A DNA stretch of 64,000 nucleotides from a virus, in IMG/VR virus record IMGVR_UViG_3300025096_003663, positions 1-64,000 of that record. One strand, 5' to 3'. How positions within the stretch are numbered: the stretch's first letter is position 1; every line of letters starts with the position of its first letter. Position numbers and translations under genes: made by a program. Below the pieces are notes generated by a model that saw nothing but the letters and a program-made list of their open reading frames with translations, had not been told where the DNA came from and did not search any database. Shown here in pieces: positions 39,749 through 51,200 of this stretch.

Positions 39749-42700
39749 ATGGGAATTAAAGATTTATTTAATAACGAGAAAGATACTAAAGTAGTATCTG
39801 CTACGAACAAGAAGAATATTTCCGAGGAAATTGAGTCCGAAGGGTATTATACATCCGAAATACAGGAAAAGAACAAGTTCGAGCCCCATGTTGACTATTC
39901 GCTACCAAGAAACTTTGCTAAGTTTGGTTCGGCGAAGAAGTATTATGAAGACTCAATAACAGGAATATATACCACTTATCCATTCGATGGCTCAAAGAAA
40001 AATAAGACCCAATGGATGCTGACTGCCTCCGGTATTGATAGATATATCTTCGAGAACGAATATCCCAGAACGAACGGCTATATAGACTTTTCTTATGGCG
40101 GCTGGGGATCTACTTCATTATCTACTGGGTCAACCACAGTGTATGCTCTTCCGTCCACCACAGAGTACATTACAATATATGGTGGACCAAATAAAGATCC
40201 GAATGGTTCCGGCAAAACTCTAGCTAGCATTTTCGCCAACTCAAGCTCAAACTTTTATGATGTCTCTGATAATCGAGAATCGAATTTAGAATTTGCCGAT
40301 GGCGGTAACACTGTCGAATGGTGGATGAAGAAAGATGCCTTTGTCGCTGCTGGCCAGCAAGAAGTTGTTTTTGATTTATGGTCTAGCGGATCAACGACGG
40401 GTACCCCTGCCGGCGACTATGGTAGATTTGCTGTTCTCGTTAACAGTTCTTCGTCGCCGATTCATCTCTCTTATTTGTCTGGAATTTTTGGAATTAATGC
40501 TAGTTTTGATGGTGCACTTGCTCCTACAGCGGCATCTATAGCAGACGGCAATTGGCACCACTATGCCATCAGCGCTAATACCACACCATACGAATATTTG
40601 TCTAATACAAAAAGCATTTTGTTTGATGGAGCCGCCGAGTATATCGAAGTTGGAGCGATAGGAGGCACTGCTGATATCGGCGGCCGAACAAATACATCGC
40701 TATCTCTATGGTGCAAGATGACTTCTCTTGCAGTCGCCGCCAATGTTTATGGAAACGGCACCGCCGGAAACACGAATAGATTAAAGATATTGCCCGACGG
40801 CACGTTTCAAGTAACAATGAATAACGCTGGCGGCACTACTTTCCCCGCGACCGGAGCGGGATTAGTTGCCGCTGATACATGGTGTCATTTGGTTTTTACA
40901 TACGACAGTTCAGACACGACCAACGGTGCAAAATTATATATCAACGGGGTCATTCAGAATGGAGCGGGCGACGCAACTAATGGCGCCTTGGATATTCCGA
41001 CACAGGCACCAGCGCTGGCTAGCGGTCGCGCCGGCACAGCCGCTAGTCCATTTCCTGGGAATATAGATGAACCGAGTTTTTGGGATAGAACACTTTCCGC
41101 ATCTGAAGTTCTAGGACTTTATAACAATGGAACTCCAACAGATCTAAAGGGCATGCCTGGATTAATATGCTGGTATAGGATGGGAGACGATCCTCGCGAT
41201 AGTACAGACAGCACCGATCCCGCAGCGAGAATTTATGATCAAGTGGGCAGCAACAACGGCACTCCTGTAGATATGGAATCCACAGATATAGTTGAAGATG
41301 TGGCCGGCATCGGGCAGTGGGGGCGCATAAAAGCAGACTTGTATGTGGACGGTGTGTATAAAGATTCAGTTTCTGGGAGCGGAATCAATGAAGTAACAGG
41401 AGCACTAATCGCCAATGTTGGATCTTATTACGAGGCTAGGGCAGCAGACGATTTATCTGTTGAGTTTACTGGATCTGTTGTTCCCGGATGGTGTAAACTC
41501 TCCGCCTCTATTGACGAATTTCGTTTCTGGAAAACTGCTAGGACTGATAAGCAAATAGGAATGAATTGGTTTACTCAAGTGGGTGGCGGCACAAACATTG
41601 ACGATGCAAACACCGACCTCGGTGTCTATTATAAGTTCAACGAAGGAATCACTCAAACTGTCAGCATTGACTCGAAAGTCTTAGACTATTCTGGTCGATT
41701 CTCTGATGGTACCTGGACTGGGTATAGCGCTGGAGCAAGGAGCACTGGCTCTGCCATGGTGGATGCCGGTGCCACAGATTCAGAGTTCAAGGATCCCATT
41801 ATCTACTCTTTCCACCCAGAAGTGGTTTCACTATCGACGACCAAAGCGATGGAAGGCACAGAATATGATTATGGGAATGCTTCTAGTATTTATTACAGCA
41901 TCCCGTCTTGGATCATAGAAGAGGACGACACAAGAGGAGATTTATTAAACCTAACTCAAATAATCTCAAGCTTCTTCGACTCTCTCCAACTGAAGATCCA
42001 GGATATCCCAAGGCTCAAAGATGTTCAGTATGTCTCATCCTCTCAAAAGCCTTATCCGTTTACGAAGCGAGGAATAGAGTCGCTAGGCTTCACAGCCCCA
42101 GATTTATTTGTAGAATCAACTCTCCTCGAAAATGTAGCTTCCAGAAATGAGACAGAGAATTTCGACGAGAAAATATACAATATCAAAAATGTGATATATC
42201 AGAACATCTACAACAATCTTCTGTATATCTACAAGACAAAGGGAACTGCTAAATCTTTTAGAAACCTAATGAGATGCTACGGCATTGATGAAGAGTTGAT
42301 GAGAGTCAATCTCTACATCGACGGAGCCACTTACGATCTGGAAGACGGCTATAAGATAGAAGGCTTGGATAAGAAGTTCGTCAACTTTGCCGGACCAGAT
42401 AGATTCAATGGCTCTGTTTACCAGACAGCCTCTTCCGACATATCCAACTCGGTTTCGTTCCTCACAGCTTCCACTTTCGATCATCCAATGACTGTCGAAG
42501 TCGAGGCAATATTTCCAAAGAAATTCACAAAAGAGGACACTCTCTATTTCGAGACAAACTTTGTTTCCTCTTCTCTATTCGGCATTCATACAGCCAAAGA
42601 TGATGGAAGCGACTATACTTGGGAGACAGGAGATCCCGCCAACTTCCAAGTATATTCGGTAAGAAACTCAACTGAATCTGCTCACGGAAAGTTCGTTCTA

Positions 42701-44245
42701 AAGAGCACAAGCGAAAATTCGCCTTTCCCAACTCTGGAAACAGAGATCTACAAAGACCTCTATGATAATACTAACTGGAATTTTGCCGTAAGGCTCAAGC
42801 AAGAGTATGAGATACTAAACACGGGCTCAGTCCCGATTCCAGCTAGCGACAACTCATACATCCTAGAGTTCTATGGTGTCGAGACAGAAGGAGACTATGT
42901 AAGAAATGAGTTTATCCTAACCTCATCCCTTGCTTATGCTTCTGGTTCAAACTTTATCAAGAATAATAAGAGGCTCTACACAGGAGCTCACCGAACTAAC
43001 TTCACTGGCTCTACATTGGAGAAGACGGATGTTAAGATAACTTCTAATCGAGTTTGGTACAGCTATCTAGACAGCGAAGTCATGAGGGTCCACGGCAAAG
43101 ATTCTACAAACTACGGCACGAAATATCCGTTCGAGAACACATATGCCCTATACAAGGAGATAGGTGTTGAGATTCCCTCGATTGATACTCTCGCTCTCCA
43201 TTGGGGATATAACACCCTAAGCAGCTCGGATGGCGGCAGCGGTCCAGGATACACAGCAGGCTTCCATGTCGATGATCTATCTTCTGGCTCAACAGCAGCA
43301 AATGTTACTTATGGCTCTCTCGATGATGTCTTGAAGAAGGAACACCCAGGACGAGGAAACTTCTTCCTAGCATCAGACACCGATGCTATCACTAAAGAGT
43401 ATCTCTCGAATGCTAAGCTTCAAGGTCCGGAAACTATGCAGTCCGATGATCTGATTCAGATAATCAACGGGCAAGACGATCAAATATTCACAAGAGAATC
43501 CAGACCACAACAATTCAGGTATGCTATTGAGAAAGGAATGCACCAGGTTATTTCGGACGAAATGATAAATGTTTTCGGCTCGATCATCGACTTCAACAAT
43601 CTTATCGGAGAGCCCGTAAACAGGTACCGCCAAGATTATCAGGATCTAGGAAAGCTAAGACAGATATTCTTCAGCCGAGTAAAGAACACTCCGAATCTCA
43701 TAAAATATGTAGACTTCTTCAAATGGATCGACGGCTCCATCACAGAGATGCTACAACAGCTTATTCCAGCTACTTCAAACTTTTCACCAGATGTGGCAAC
43801 CGTTGTCGAGAGTCACATACTCGAAAGAAATAAATACTACAACAAGTTTCCGACAATAGAATTCAAAGAAAACATCCCAGAAGATGCGGCAAGAGGAATC
43901 AATGAACTTTGCTATCCCTGGAAAGAGGGTCATGCTCCACAAAACGGGAAGCAAAACACTAGCTGTTTTTGGTGGAGAAACAGAGCAACCCCAGGACAAC
44001 TCCCTCTAAACCCAGACCCAGACTCTGTTCGTTCCGGAGTAATAAGCATTGCCCACAGCTCATTTCAGAGAGAACTAAATACTCTATACCGATTTTCTGG
44101 TGACGGCATTCTAAATACTGATGAGGATGCTAATGATCTAAGTGTGGTGAAATCAGTTATTAAGTTTGGAGCCAAGGGATTTATTTCCATTTCTGCTGAT
44201 GATGTAGCTCTGGAAGAGGAGGATTGTACAGATGGGGAAGAATAA
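39749..44245 (+). CDS. large baseplate/tail protein with LamG (ConA-like) domains
   Basis: TVEWW.K, WHHYAIS, LYVDG and IDEFRFW, plus a second set SLSLWCK, WCHLVFTYD, LYING and GNIDE. YKTKGT..SFR resembles gp7/P2-I-type wedge motifs. Confidence 0.8.
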   Translation: MGIKDLFNNEKDTKVVSATNKKNISEEIESEGYYTSEIQEKNKFEPHVDYSLPRNFAKFGSAKKYYEDSITGIYTTYPFDGSKKNKTQWMLTASGIDRYIFENEYPRTNGYIDFSYGGWGSTSLSTGSTTVYALPSTTEYITIYGGPNKDPNGSGKTLASIFANSSSNFYDVSDNRESNLEFADGGNTVEWWMKKDAFVAAGQQEVVFDLWSSGSTTGTPAGDYGRFAVLVNSSSSPIHLSYLSGIFGINASFDGALAPTAASIADGNWHHYAISANTTPYEYLSNTKSILFDGAAEYIEVGAIGGTADIGGRTNTSLSLWCKMTSLAVAANVYGNGTAGNTNRLKILPDGTFQVTMNNAGGTTFPATGAGLVAADTWCHLVFTYDSSDTTNGAKLYINGVIQNGAGDATNGALDIPTQAPALASGRAGTAASPFPGNIDEPSFWDRTLSASEVLGLYNNGTPTDLKGMPGLICWYRMGDDPRDSTDSTDPAARIYDQVGSNNGTPVDMESTDIVEDVAGIGQWGRIKADLYVDGVYKDSVSGSGINEVTGALIANVGSYYEARAADDLSVEFTGSVVPGWCKLSASIDEFRFWKTARTDKQIGMNWFTQVGGGTNIDDANTDLGVYYKFNEGITQTVSIDSKVLDYSGRFSDGTWTGYSAGARSTGSAMVDAGATDSEFKDPIIYSFHPEVVSLSTTKAMEGTEYDYGNASSIYYSIPSWIIEEDDTRGDLLNLTQIISSFFDSLQLKIQDIPRLKDVQYVSSSQKPYPFTKRGIESLGFTAPDLFVESTLLENVASRNETENFDEKIYNIKNVIYQNIYNNLLYIYKTKGTAKSFRNLMRCYGIDEELMRVNLYIDGATYDLEDGYKIEGLDKKFVNFAGPDRFNGSVYQTASSDISNSVSFLTASTFDHPMTVEVEAIFPKKFTKEDTLYFETNFVSSSLFGIHTAKDDGSDYTWETGDPANFQVYSVRNSTESAHGKFVLKSTSENSPFPTLETEIYKDLYDNTNWNFAVRLKQEYEILNTGSVPIPASDNSYILEFYGVETEGDYVRNEFILTSSLAYASGSNFIKNNKRLYTGAHRTNFTGSTLEKTDVKITSNRVWYSYLDSEVMRVHGKDSTNYGTKYPFENTYALYKEIGVEIPSIDTLALHWGYNTLSSSDGGSGPGYTAGFHVDDLSSGSTAANVTYGSLDDVLKKEHPGRGNFFLASDTDAITKEYLSNAKLQGPETMQSDDLIQIINGQDDQIFTRESRPQQFRYAIEKGMHQVISDEMINVFGSIIDFNNLIGEPVNRYRQDYQDLGKLRQIFFSRVKNTPNLIKYVDFFKWIDGSITEMLQQLIPATSNFSPDVATVVESHILERNKYYNKFPTIEFKENIPEDAARGINELCYPWKEGHAPQNGKQNTSCFWWRNRATPGQLPLNPDPDSVRSGVISIAHSSFQRELNTLYRFSGDGILNTDEDANDLSVVKSVIKFGAKGFISISADDVALEEEDCTDGEE

Positions 44246-44393
44246 TATCGGAAAGAATAACTCTTTCAAAAACAAGGTGAAGGGATTCGCTGCCACTATC
44301 GGAACAGACGATGAAGACACAAATTATATATTAGCAGAGAACGGTGATGTTATTACGACAGAAGTCGGGGAAGAATTGACGATTGAATCCTAA
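44232..44393 (+). CDS. 53-aa small protein missed by the ORF track, with an ExG repeat tail motif
   Basis: ATG 44232 to TAA 44393: MGKNNIGKNNSFKNKVKGFAATIGTDDEDTNYILAENGDVITTEVGEELTIES. Confidence 0.6.
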   Translation: MGKNNIGKNNSFKNKVKGFAATIGTDDEDTNYILAENGDVITTEVGEELTIES

Positions 44394-44420
44394 TTACAAC
44401 AAACAGAACGGAGATTTCCA

Positions 44421-44909
44421 ATGGCAAATGTAAAAATATCAAACTTACCAGCAGCAGCAGATGTTACAGGCGATGACCTGCTTCCTGTTGTCGATGGCGG
44501 AACCACAACACAAAAAGCAACTTTTCAACAAGTATTGGACTATGTTACGGGCTCTACTTTTGGCGAGCTTAATGTTAGCGGCTCTCTCATAGCAGATGTA
44601 GCACTAAGCGGAGCAGTCGGATCAGAAATAACATCAACTTCCTACTCTCTATCTTCTGCCGATAGAGGGAAGACACTCCTGTTTAGTAGTTCCGCCACTC
44701 AAGGAATCACTTGTTCATCGGGGCTCGATGTCGGCTATAATACCACCTTTATTCAACTTGGGAGTGGTCAGTTGGAGTTGTCTGCCTCGGCAGGAACTTC
44801 AATACTGAATCGCCAAAGTCATACAAAAACAGCGGGACTATACGCAGCAGCAAGTGTTGTAATAATTTCAGCTAACACATATTTGTTTGCTGGCGATACC
44901 TCGGCATAG
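44421..44909 (+). CDS. short tail-fibre/appendage-like protein
   Basis: MANVKISNLPAA...DDLLPVVD...TQKAT N-terminus and YSLSSADRGK...IQLGSGQ...AGDT C-domain, both typical of phage fibre modules. Confidence 0.65.
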   Translation: MANVKISNLPAAADVTGDDLLPVVDGGTTTQKATFQQVLDYVTGSTFGELNVSGSLIADVALSGAVGSEITSTSYSLSSADRGKTLLFSSSATQGITCSSGLDVGYNTTFIQLGSGQLELSASAGTSILNRQSHTKTAGLYAAASVVIISANTYLFAGDTSA

Positions 44910-44921
44910 GAGAAACCGTTC

Positions 44922-45230
44922 GTGTCTTTTATTTTTTTACCAAACCTAAAAATCATTTCTGGAGTCACTTCGACTGGCGGAGACATTTTCGACAATCCAG
45001 TGGCTTCATCATTTACAACATTTGAATACTCTGGCTGGGATGGAACAGTCGCGAACCCAATAACAAGTTCTGATTTTTCAGTCTATCAAAACTCGGCAAC
45101 AGCCAGTTATCAGTATCCAGCCTGGGACGGCACAGTTGCCAACCCAATAACAAGTTCTGATTTTTCAGTCTATCAAAACTCGGCAACAGCCAGTTATGAG
45201 TACCCTAGCTGGGAAACTGGTTCCGCATAA
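44922..45230 (+). CDS. small repeat protein (29-aa tandem unit)
   Basis: SD aggag and GTG start; WDGTVANPITSSDFSVYQNSATASY occurs twice. Confidence 0.65.
   Translation: MSFIFLPNLKIISGVTSTGGDIFDNPVASSFTTFEYSGWDGTVANPITSSDFSVYQNSATASYQYPAWDGTVANPITSSDFSVYQNSATASYEYPSWETGSA
45054..45197 (+). repeat. 87-bp-period tandem repeat with a 57-bp identical core
   Basis: 45054-45110 is identical to 45141-45197. Confidence 0.93.
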
Positions 45231-45283
45231 TAAAATAAAATGAAAAAGAAGAGTATTTACTTGTATAATAGAAAGAGAATCAA

Positions 45284-48200
45284 ATGACAGACAGTTTCTT
45301 AAAAATAGCACCATTCCAATTATTTAGTTCATCAGTAGATACCGGCTACAATGCCGAGATCTCAGCTAGCTTTAAGCCGGGCATCGATATAACTAATATG
45401 AAAACAGATCGATACTCCGATCTGAATGATGCTCCAATGCAAGGACCGTTTACCGAGAAGTATGTGGGCGGAAGCCAATACAGACATGTCCCTCTGAACG
45501 ACGGCAACGATACACCGCTTACTCGCCCAGAGCTATACAATATTACAATGACATCCAGTGTCCTCAAAGTTATAGGACCAGATAATATTGATGTCAATCG
45601 AGCACGAGCTCCTTACTTTCGCGATGGCTTCTCCAAAAGACCAGTCAACATAGCGAATATACATACGACCGGCTCCGATGTAGGAAACTACCAGCATGAT
45701 TACCAGGTTGTACAGACGGTAAGCAGAACTACAAACAACCGAGCATTCACCGAGGCAACTGGTTCAGGCTTCGCTCAATATCTCACAACACAATTTGTGA
45801 GTGGAGCCAAAGATCCGAATCGGACACTTCCAGACTTCGATATAGACGGCAAGAATGAGTTCGTCTTCGTCAATCGTTTCAATGCCCCAGGAGGCACTCA
45901 GGTAAGCTCTAGGGGTGTTTTAGATACATATGCCGAGGAGTATGCCCCCGCCAACGATATCAACACTAGGAACTACACAGTTCGCTCTCAGCTACGTTCT
46001 GATTTAGCAAGACACACACCGAAAGCTGGTACTGGAATACCGACACAATATCATAACGACAACAGGAATCCGAAGATAGATTTTACAAAGGATCCTATAA
46101 TAGTTCCTGATCGATATGCTTCTCGAATTTTGACAGAACGAAAATTAACAGCTAGCGATGCCTCCACTGACGATGTTTATGGATATGCAGTATCTATGGT
46201 TTCCGGATCTGATGGTATTTACATCTTGGTAGGTGCCAGGGAGAACGATTCATCGGATACAAACAACGGCGCCGCTTATATTTACCAGGTAACCAACTCA
46301 GGAATATTATCTGAGCAGAAACTAACAGCAAGCGATGGCTCGCCCCAAACCAACCAGCTTTTTGGAACTTCTGTTTCTATCACTTCCGGCACCGATGGAA
46401 TTTATGCCATCGTCGGAGCGCTAGGTGATGATGAAGCAGGCACATACGATGGTGCCGCCTACATCTATCACTCAACTAGTGCTGGAGTGTTGACCGAGCA
46501 AAAGCTAACAGCTAGCGATCCTCCTCTTTCCAATTATCGCTATTTTGGCAACTCTGTTTCCATCGCCTCCGGCACTGATGGCATCTATCTCTCTGTGGGC
46601 GCCATCGGAGATGATGAAGCTGGATCTAATGATGGCGGCGCTTATCTCTATCACTCGACAAGTGCCGGCATCTTGACAGAACTTAAGCTAACAGCTAGCG
46701 ATGCACCCACTTCAGCCGCTAGAAACTTTGGCAACTCTGTTTCAGTCGCCTCCGGTACTGATGGCATTTACATCTCAGTTGGTGCATATGGCGATAGCGA
46801 AGTTGGTCCAGATTATGGTGCCGCTTATCTTTATCATTCAACAAGTGCTGGACCCTTGACTGAGCTTAAGCTAACAGCTAGCGATGCAGGCTCCTCAGCG
46901 ACACCGCGTTTTGGCACTTCCACCTCTATTGCCTCCGGCACTGACGGCATTTATTTACTTGTCGGAGCCCGAGGAGATGATGAAGTTGGTCTAAACGACG
47001 GCGCCGCTTATCTCTATCACTCAACAAGTGCTGGACCCTTGACAGAACTTAAGTTGACAGCAAGCGATGAGCCTGCTTCAGACGCTAGAAACTTTGGCAA
47101 CTCTGTTTCAGTCGCCTCCGGCACTGACGGCATCTATTCACTGGTGGGCGCCGATTTGGAACCAGACGATGTTGGAATATTACAAGGCGCCGCCTATATT
47201 TATCACTCAACAGCTACCGCTTTGATAGCCCAGAAGGTAACACCCAGCGATGGCTCGGAATCAATAGCTCAAAGGTTTGGATCGTCAGTATCGATTGTCT
47301 TGACTACCAATCAAGTGGGTGCTAGCGACGTGTATGTTCTAGCAGGCGCCAGCGGCGATGATGTCGGACCAGGCGGCACCGATGCAGGTGCCGCATATCT
47401 CTATAGCGGCTCAAACAGCCAATTGAGATATAGTAGTGAATATTCTCAGTCATATGATAACGGATTTATAACTCATGCCATACCTCGGTCTGATTTGAAA
47501 TATAGATGGATTCAAGCATCAGCCCTAACAACCGAGGCAGAATTACCAGGATATCAACACAGTAGCCCCACTCCATTCGGACCCTACGACGATATAAACT
47601 ATGTTTTAGATAGTGGAAATCCGGCACTTCATAATATAATCGGCGATGTAGTCGAGCCATCGAGGGGAGACTTCATTGGTATTTCTGGAACAGGATTAGA
47701 TAAATCAGGCATAGATATCCAGACTACACTCGGATCAATAAACCTCCTTTCCAAGACAGCAGCCACCATTTTTAATGTTTACAATGGACCTTACCAATAT
47801 TCTTCCTGGAATCAAGTAAGAAACAGCTACAACCCAATCGTCAGACAGCTTGTAAGGGAGAGTATTCTATCCCTCGCCAACCCACAGAAGACAACAACAA
47901 ACTCCTTGGGAAATCAGGTATTTTCGAAAAGAAGTGATGGGGTAACAAACTATAAAGAGCCAGTTGTGAGCGAAAATGCTCATCCCGTTGAGCATAATCT
48001 TCTGGTCCGACCAGACCTCACCTCTCAGGAGACAATCCCTTCATCTTTGAAGTATTCTTTCGCCAACAATCTATCTTCTTTTACTCGGCAGTCTATCGTA
48101 AATAAGGCTAACATCCAGCAACAGAACCAGAGCTCTATGTATGACGATATCAAAGACTACTATCTAGAGTCTCAGCCAGGCGGAGATAATCCGGTAGAGA

Positions 48201-51200
48201 AGTTGCTCGACATCAAATATTCTCAAGGATTATATCCAGCCGTAGCAAACACATTCATCAACATCACTCGGGAACGAACTGAATACTCCGAAGTTGCCGG
48301 CACTGGAAGCAATGGCTATGACAGGATTTTCGGCAAACAAAGAACTTTCTATAAAGAAGACGAGATAAGAAATTCTAATGCTCCTAACTCACAGGGCTTC
48401 GCTCCTTCCGAAAATGTTATAGATTTCAGCTCTTCTTACGATTTCAGCGAAAACATCTCAACCAACTTCATTAACGACGATTCCAGCATCGTTCGGCTTG
48501 ATGATACATTGGGTAGCAATGCTTTCTGCTTCGGCACAAATCCAGGCTCAAGCCCGTCAACCAGATTTTTACAGTGGAAAGACACTTTCTTGACATCAAG
48601 TGTGTCCTCGGATATTTCTCTGTCTTTTGAGATTACGAGAGGGACATACGGAACATTCGATGGAACAGTCACGCTAGAAGAACCTTCCTTCTTGCAGCCA
48701 GGTAAGGCAGTTTATGTACAATATAGGCTTTCAGATGGAGGAGCTTGGCAAACAGCAGATACGATACTTCCTGGCGACCTTACAGCAGGCAACTATTCTC
48801 TCACGGCTTCCTCTTTCGATCCTGGTGGACCTGCTTTTGTTAGAATTTCCCAAGAAGTATTTAGCGGACAGGGAACATCGAATGGCTACCAGTTTGATAA
48901 CTATGCCATCAGAAATCTAAATATTACAGCTTCTACTGTCGATACAAACAAGCCAGCTCTCAACTTTGACTCGATGGCAACAGACGGAATAAAATCTTTT
49001 CCAGAAAGTGCCTCTTATAGGGATTATAACGGAGAATTGATGCAGGATTCAGACGAGACTATGTTCTCCACGAGCCCGCTTCCGTCACTATCCTATTTGG
49101 AACTCTATAATATAAAAGTCAATCAGTCAAGCAGCGGCTATGTCGAGCGACTAACAGAACAAATTGCTGGCGAGAACTCTTGGTATAATACATACAATGA
49201 TTATGCTGTCGATGTAAGACCCCACACAAAGAATAAGAGCATAGTCCCAGAGTTCAGGATGTCAGATCACATCCCATACTACATTGTTGATAAGGGTAAT
49301 GATTTCAGAGCCCCAAATAAGAAAATACTATCTCTCAACGGAGCATCCATCACATCAAGTGCTGAATCAGTGTCTTCGGAACTCTTTGATAACAACTTTG
49401 TTACAAAGTATGTTCAGTCATCGAATACAGCACGATTCGCCAGCATGACAGATGAGCACGAAGATGTAGCCAGTGTCAGCAATGTAAGCTTTACTTGTAA
49501 AGGAATAAAGAAACTTCTTCCCTACAACGGATTCTACCCCAAAGACAGAACGGTTCAGATCGGAAACCTGCTTAGCGAATCCTTGTCCACGAATGTCGAA
49601 GGCACATACGAAGGAGTGGAAGGATCCTTTCCAAAACAAGGCTGGCAAGGCATCCTCAAGCCACTTATGTCGCCAGGCATTCTTTACAACTCGATCAAAT
49701 CAGGCATCGCTGTTGACTACCCGATTTACACAGGAAGTATTCCAGGGCTTGTAGCGGGCGATAATACACCATCTGATTTCAGACTCGATGTTGGACCAAA
49801 CTACCGCTTACCATTCGAAACACTCGTCGATGTAAAAGGAAATCTCCCAGAAGGAACGGAAAACCCAATCAGATTGGTATCCGCCTTTGTTACTGACGAA
49901 TCAGATTTCAACACCGATCAACTGTTCAACTACAAATCCGTATGGAACGGGCAGAAGACAGACTTATTCGAACTTGGGATGCACAACTTCCTAGCCGAAA
50001 CCGTTGACTTCTTTTTACCACAAAGCGGATTGAGCAACTTCAGGTCACAACCAGAAAACGAATGGGATAGGTTCAAGGAAGGCACCTCATACTATATGGA
50101 TATCGTTCTCCGAGATTCCGTCGAGATGAACAAGTTTATCGAATACTCAGGCAGCGGAGAAATAGTAGAGAACTTAAAATTTGGAGCTAGCGACGGGGAA
50201 TTAGATGATCGATTTGGTATATCTGTTGACACCGTAGAGGGTTCTTCGGGAGAAGGTATCTATGCTTTAGTTGGATCCGTCATCGGCAAAATGTATCTTT
50301 TTCAGAATAGATTTGATACAACAGGCTGGAAACAGTTGGAAAGTATTGAAGTATCACCATTAGACACTCCTTATATGTCTGTATCGATTGCCTCTGGAAC
50401 TGACGGCATCTATATGCTCGCCGGCAACAGTTTCGATAGCTCATTGCCTTATGCCGCCAATCAACAAGGAGCAGCATATTTATATCATTCATCCAGCACT
50501 GGAATTTCAAAGCAAGCTCTTTCAGCGAGCGATGGAGCAAGCTTTACGATGCCAAGGTTTGGGACATCGGTATCAGTAGCATCTGGGACAGACGGCATCT
50601 ATGCTCTGGTTGGTCAACCAAGGGACATTGGCGGTACCATGAATGCTGGTGCGGCTTACCTTTTCCACAGCAAGAGTAGCGAACCATTTTATATAGATAG
50701 GCTTGGACTCACGAACCAGAAATGGCAGACAAAAATAACATCAAGCGATGTTGGCTCGATAGATCTTTTTGGACAATCAGTTTCTGTTGCCTATGGTAGC
50801 GACACTGCCTATATGTTGATTGGCTCAACAGGAGATGCCGATGGCGGATCAGGAGCAGGAGCGGCTTATCTCTTTCACAGTAAAAGCGGCACACCATTTT
50901 ATGTTGATAATACTGGTCTAACAAACCAAGAGTGGCAGACAAAGATTACGGCAAGCGATTCGACGGCAGGCACGAATCTAGGAGATTCAGTATCTATTGT
51001 TTCCGGCACCGACGCATTATATATGGCAGTCGGCGGAACTGACGAGTCTACCATAGCTTCTGATGCCGGGGCAGCATATCTTTTCCATAGTCAAAGTGGA
51101 ATTCCGTTTTACATTGATAGCACTGGTCTGACAAATCAAGAATGGCAGACAAAACTAACAGCTAGCGATGCCGCTGCAGACGATAACTTCGGCAACTCAA

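Noticed and set aside
44221-44260. Programmed frameshift joining the 1498-aa gene to the 53-aa ORF
   Set aside because: There is no canonical X XXY YYZ slippery site or clear downstream structure, and the small ORF has its own ATG.
45054-47404. Diversity-generating retroelement (TR/VR pair)
   Set aside because: No reverse transcriptase in the window; the repeats are tandem and coding, and their differences are not adenine-specific.
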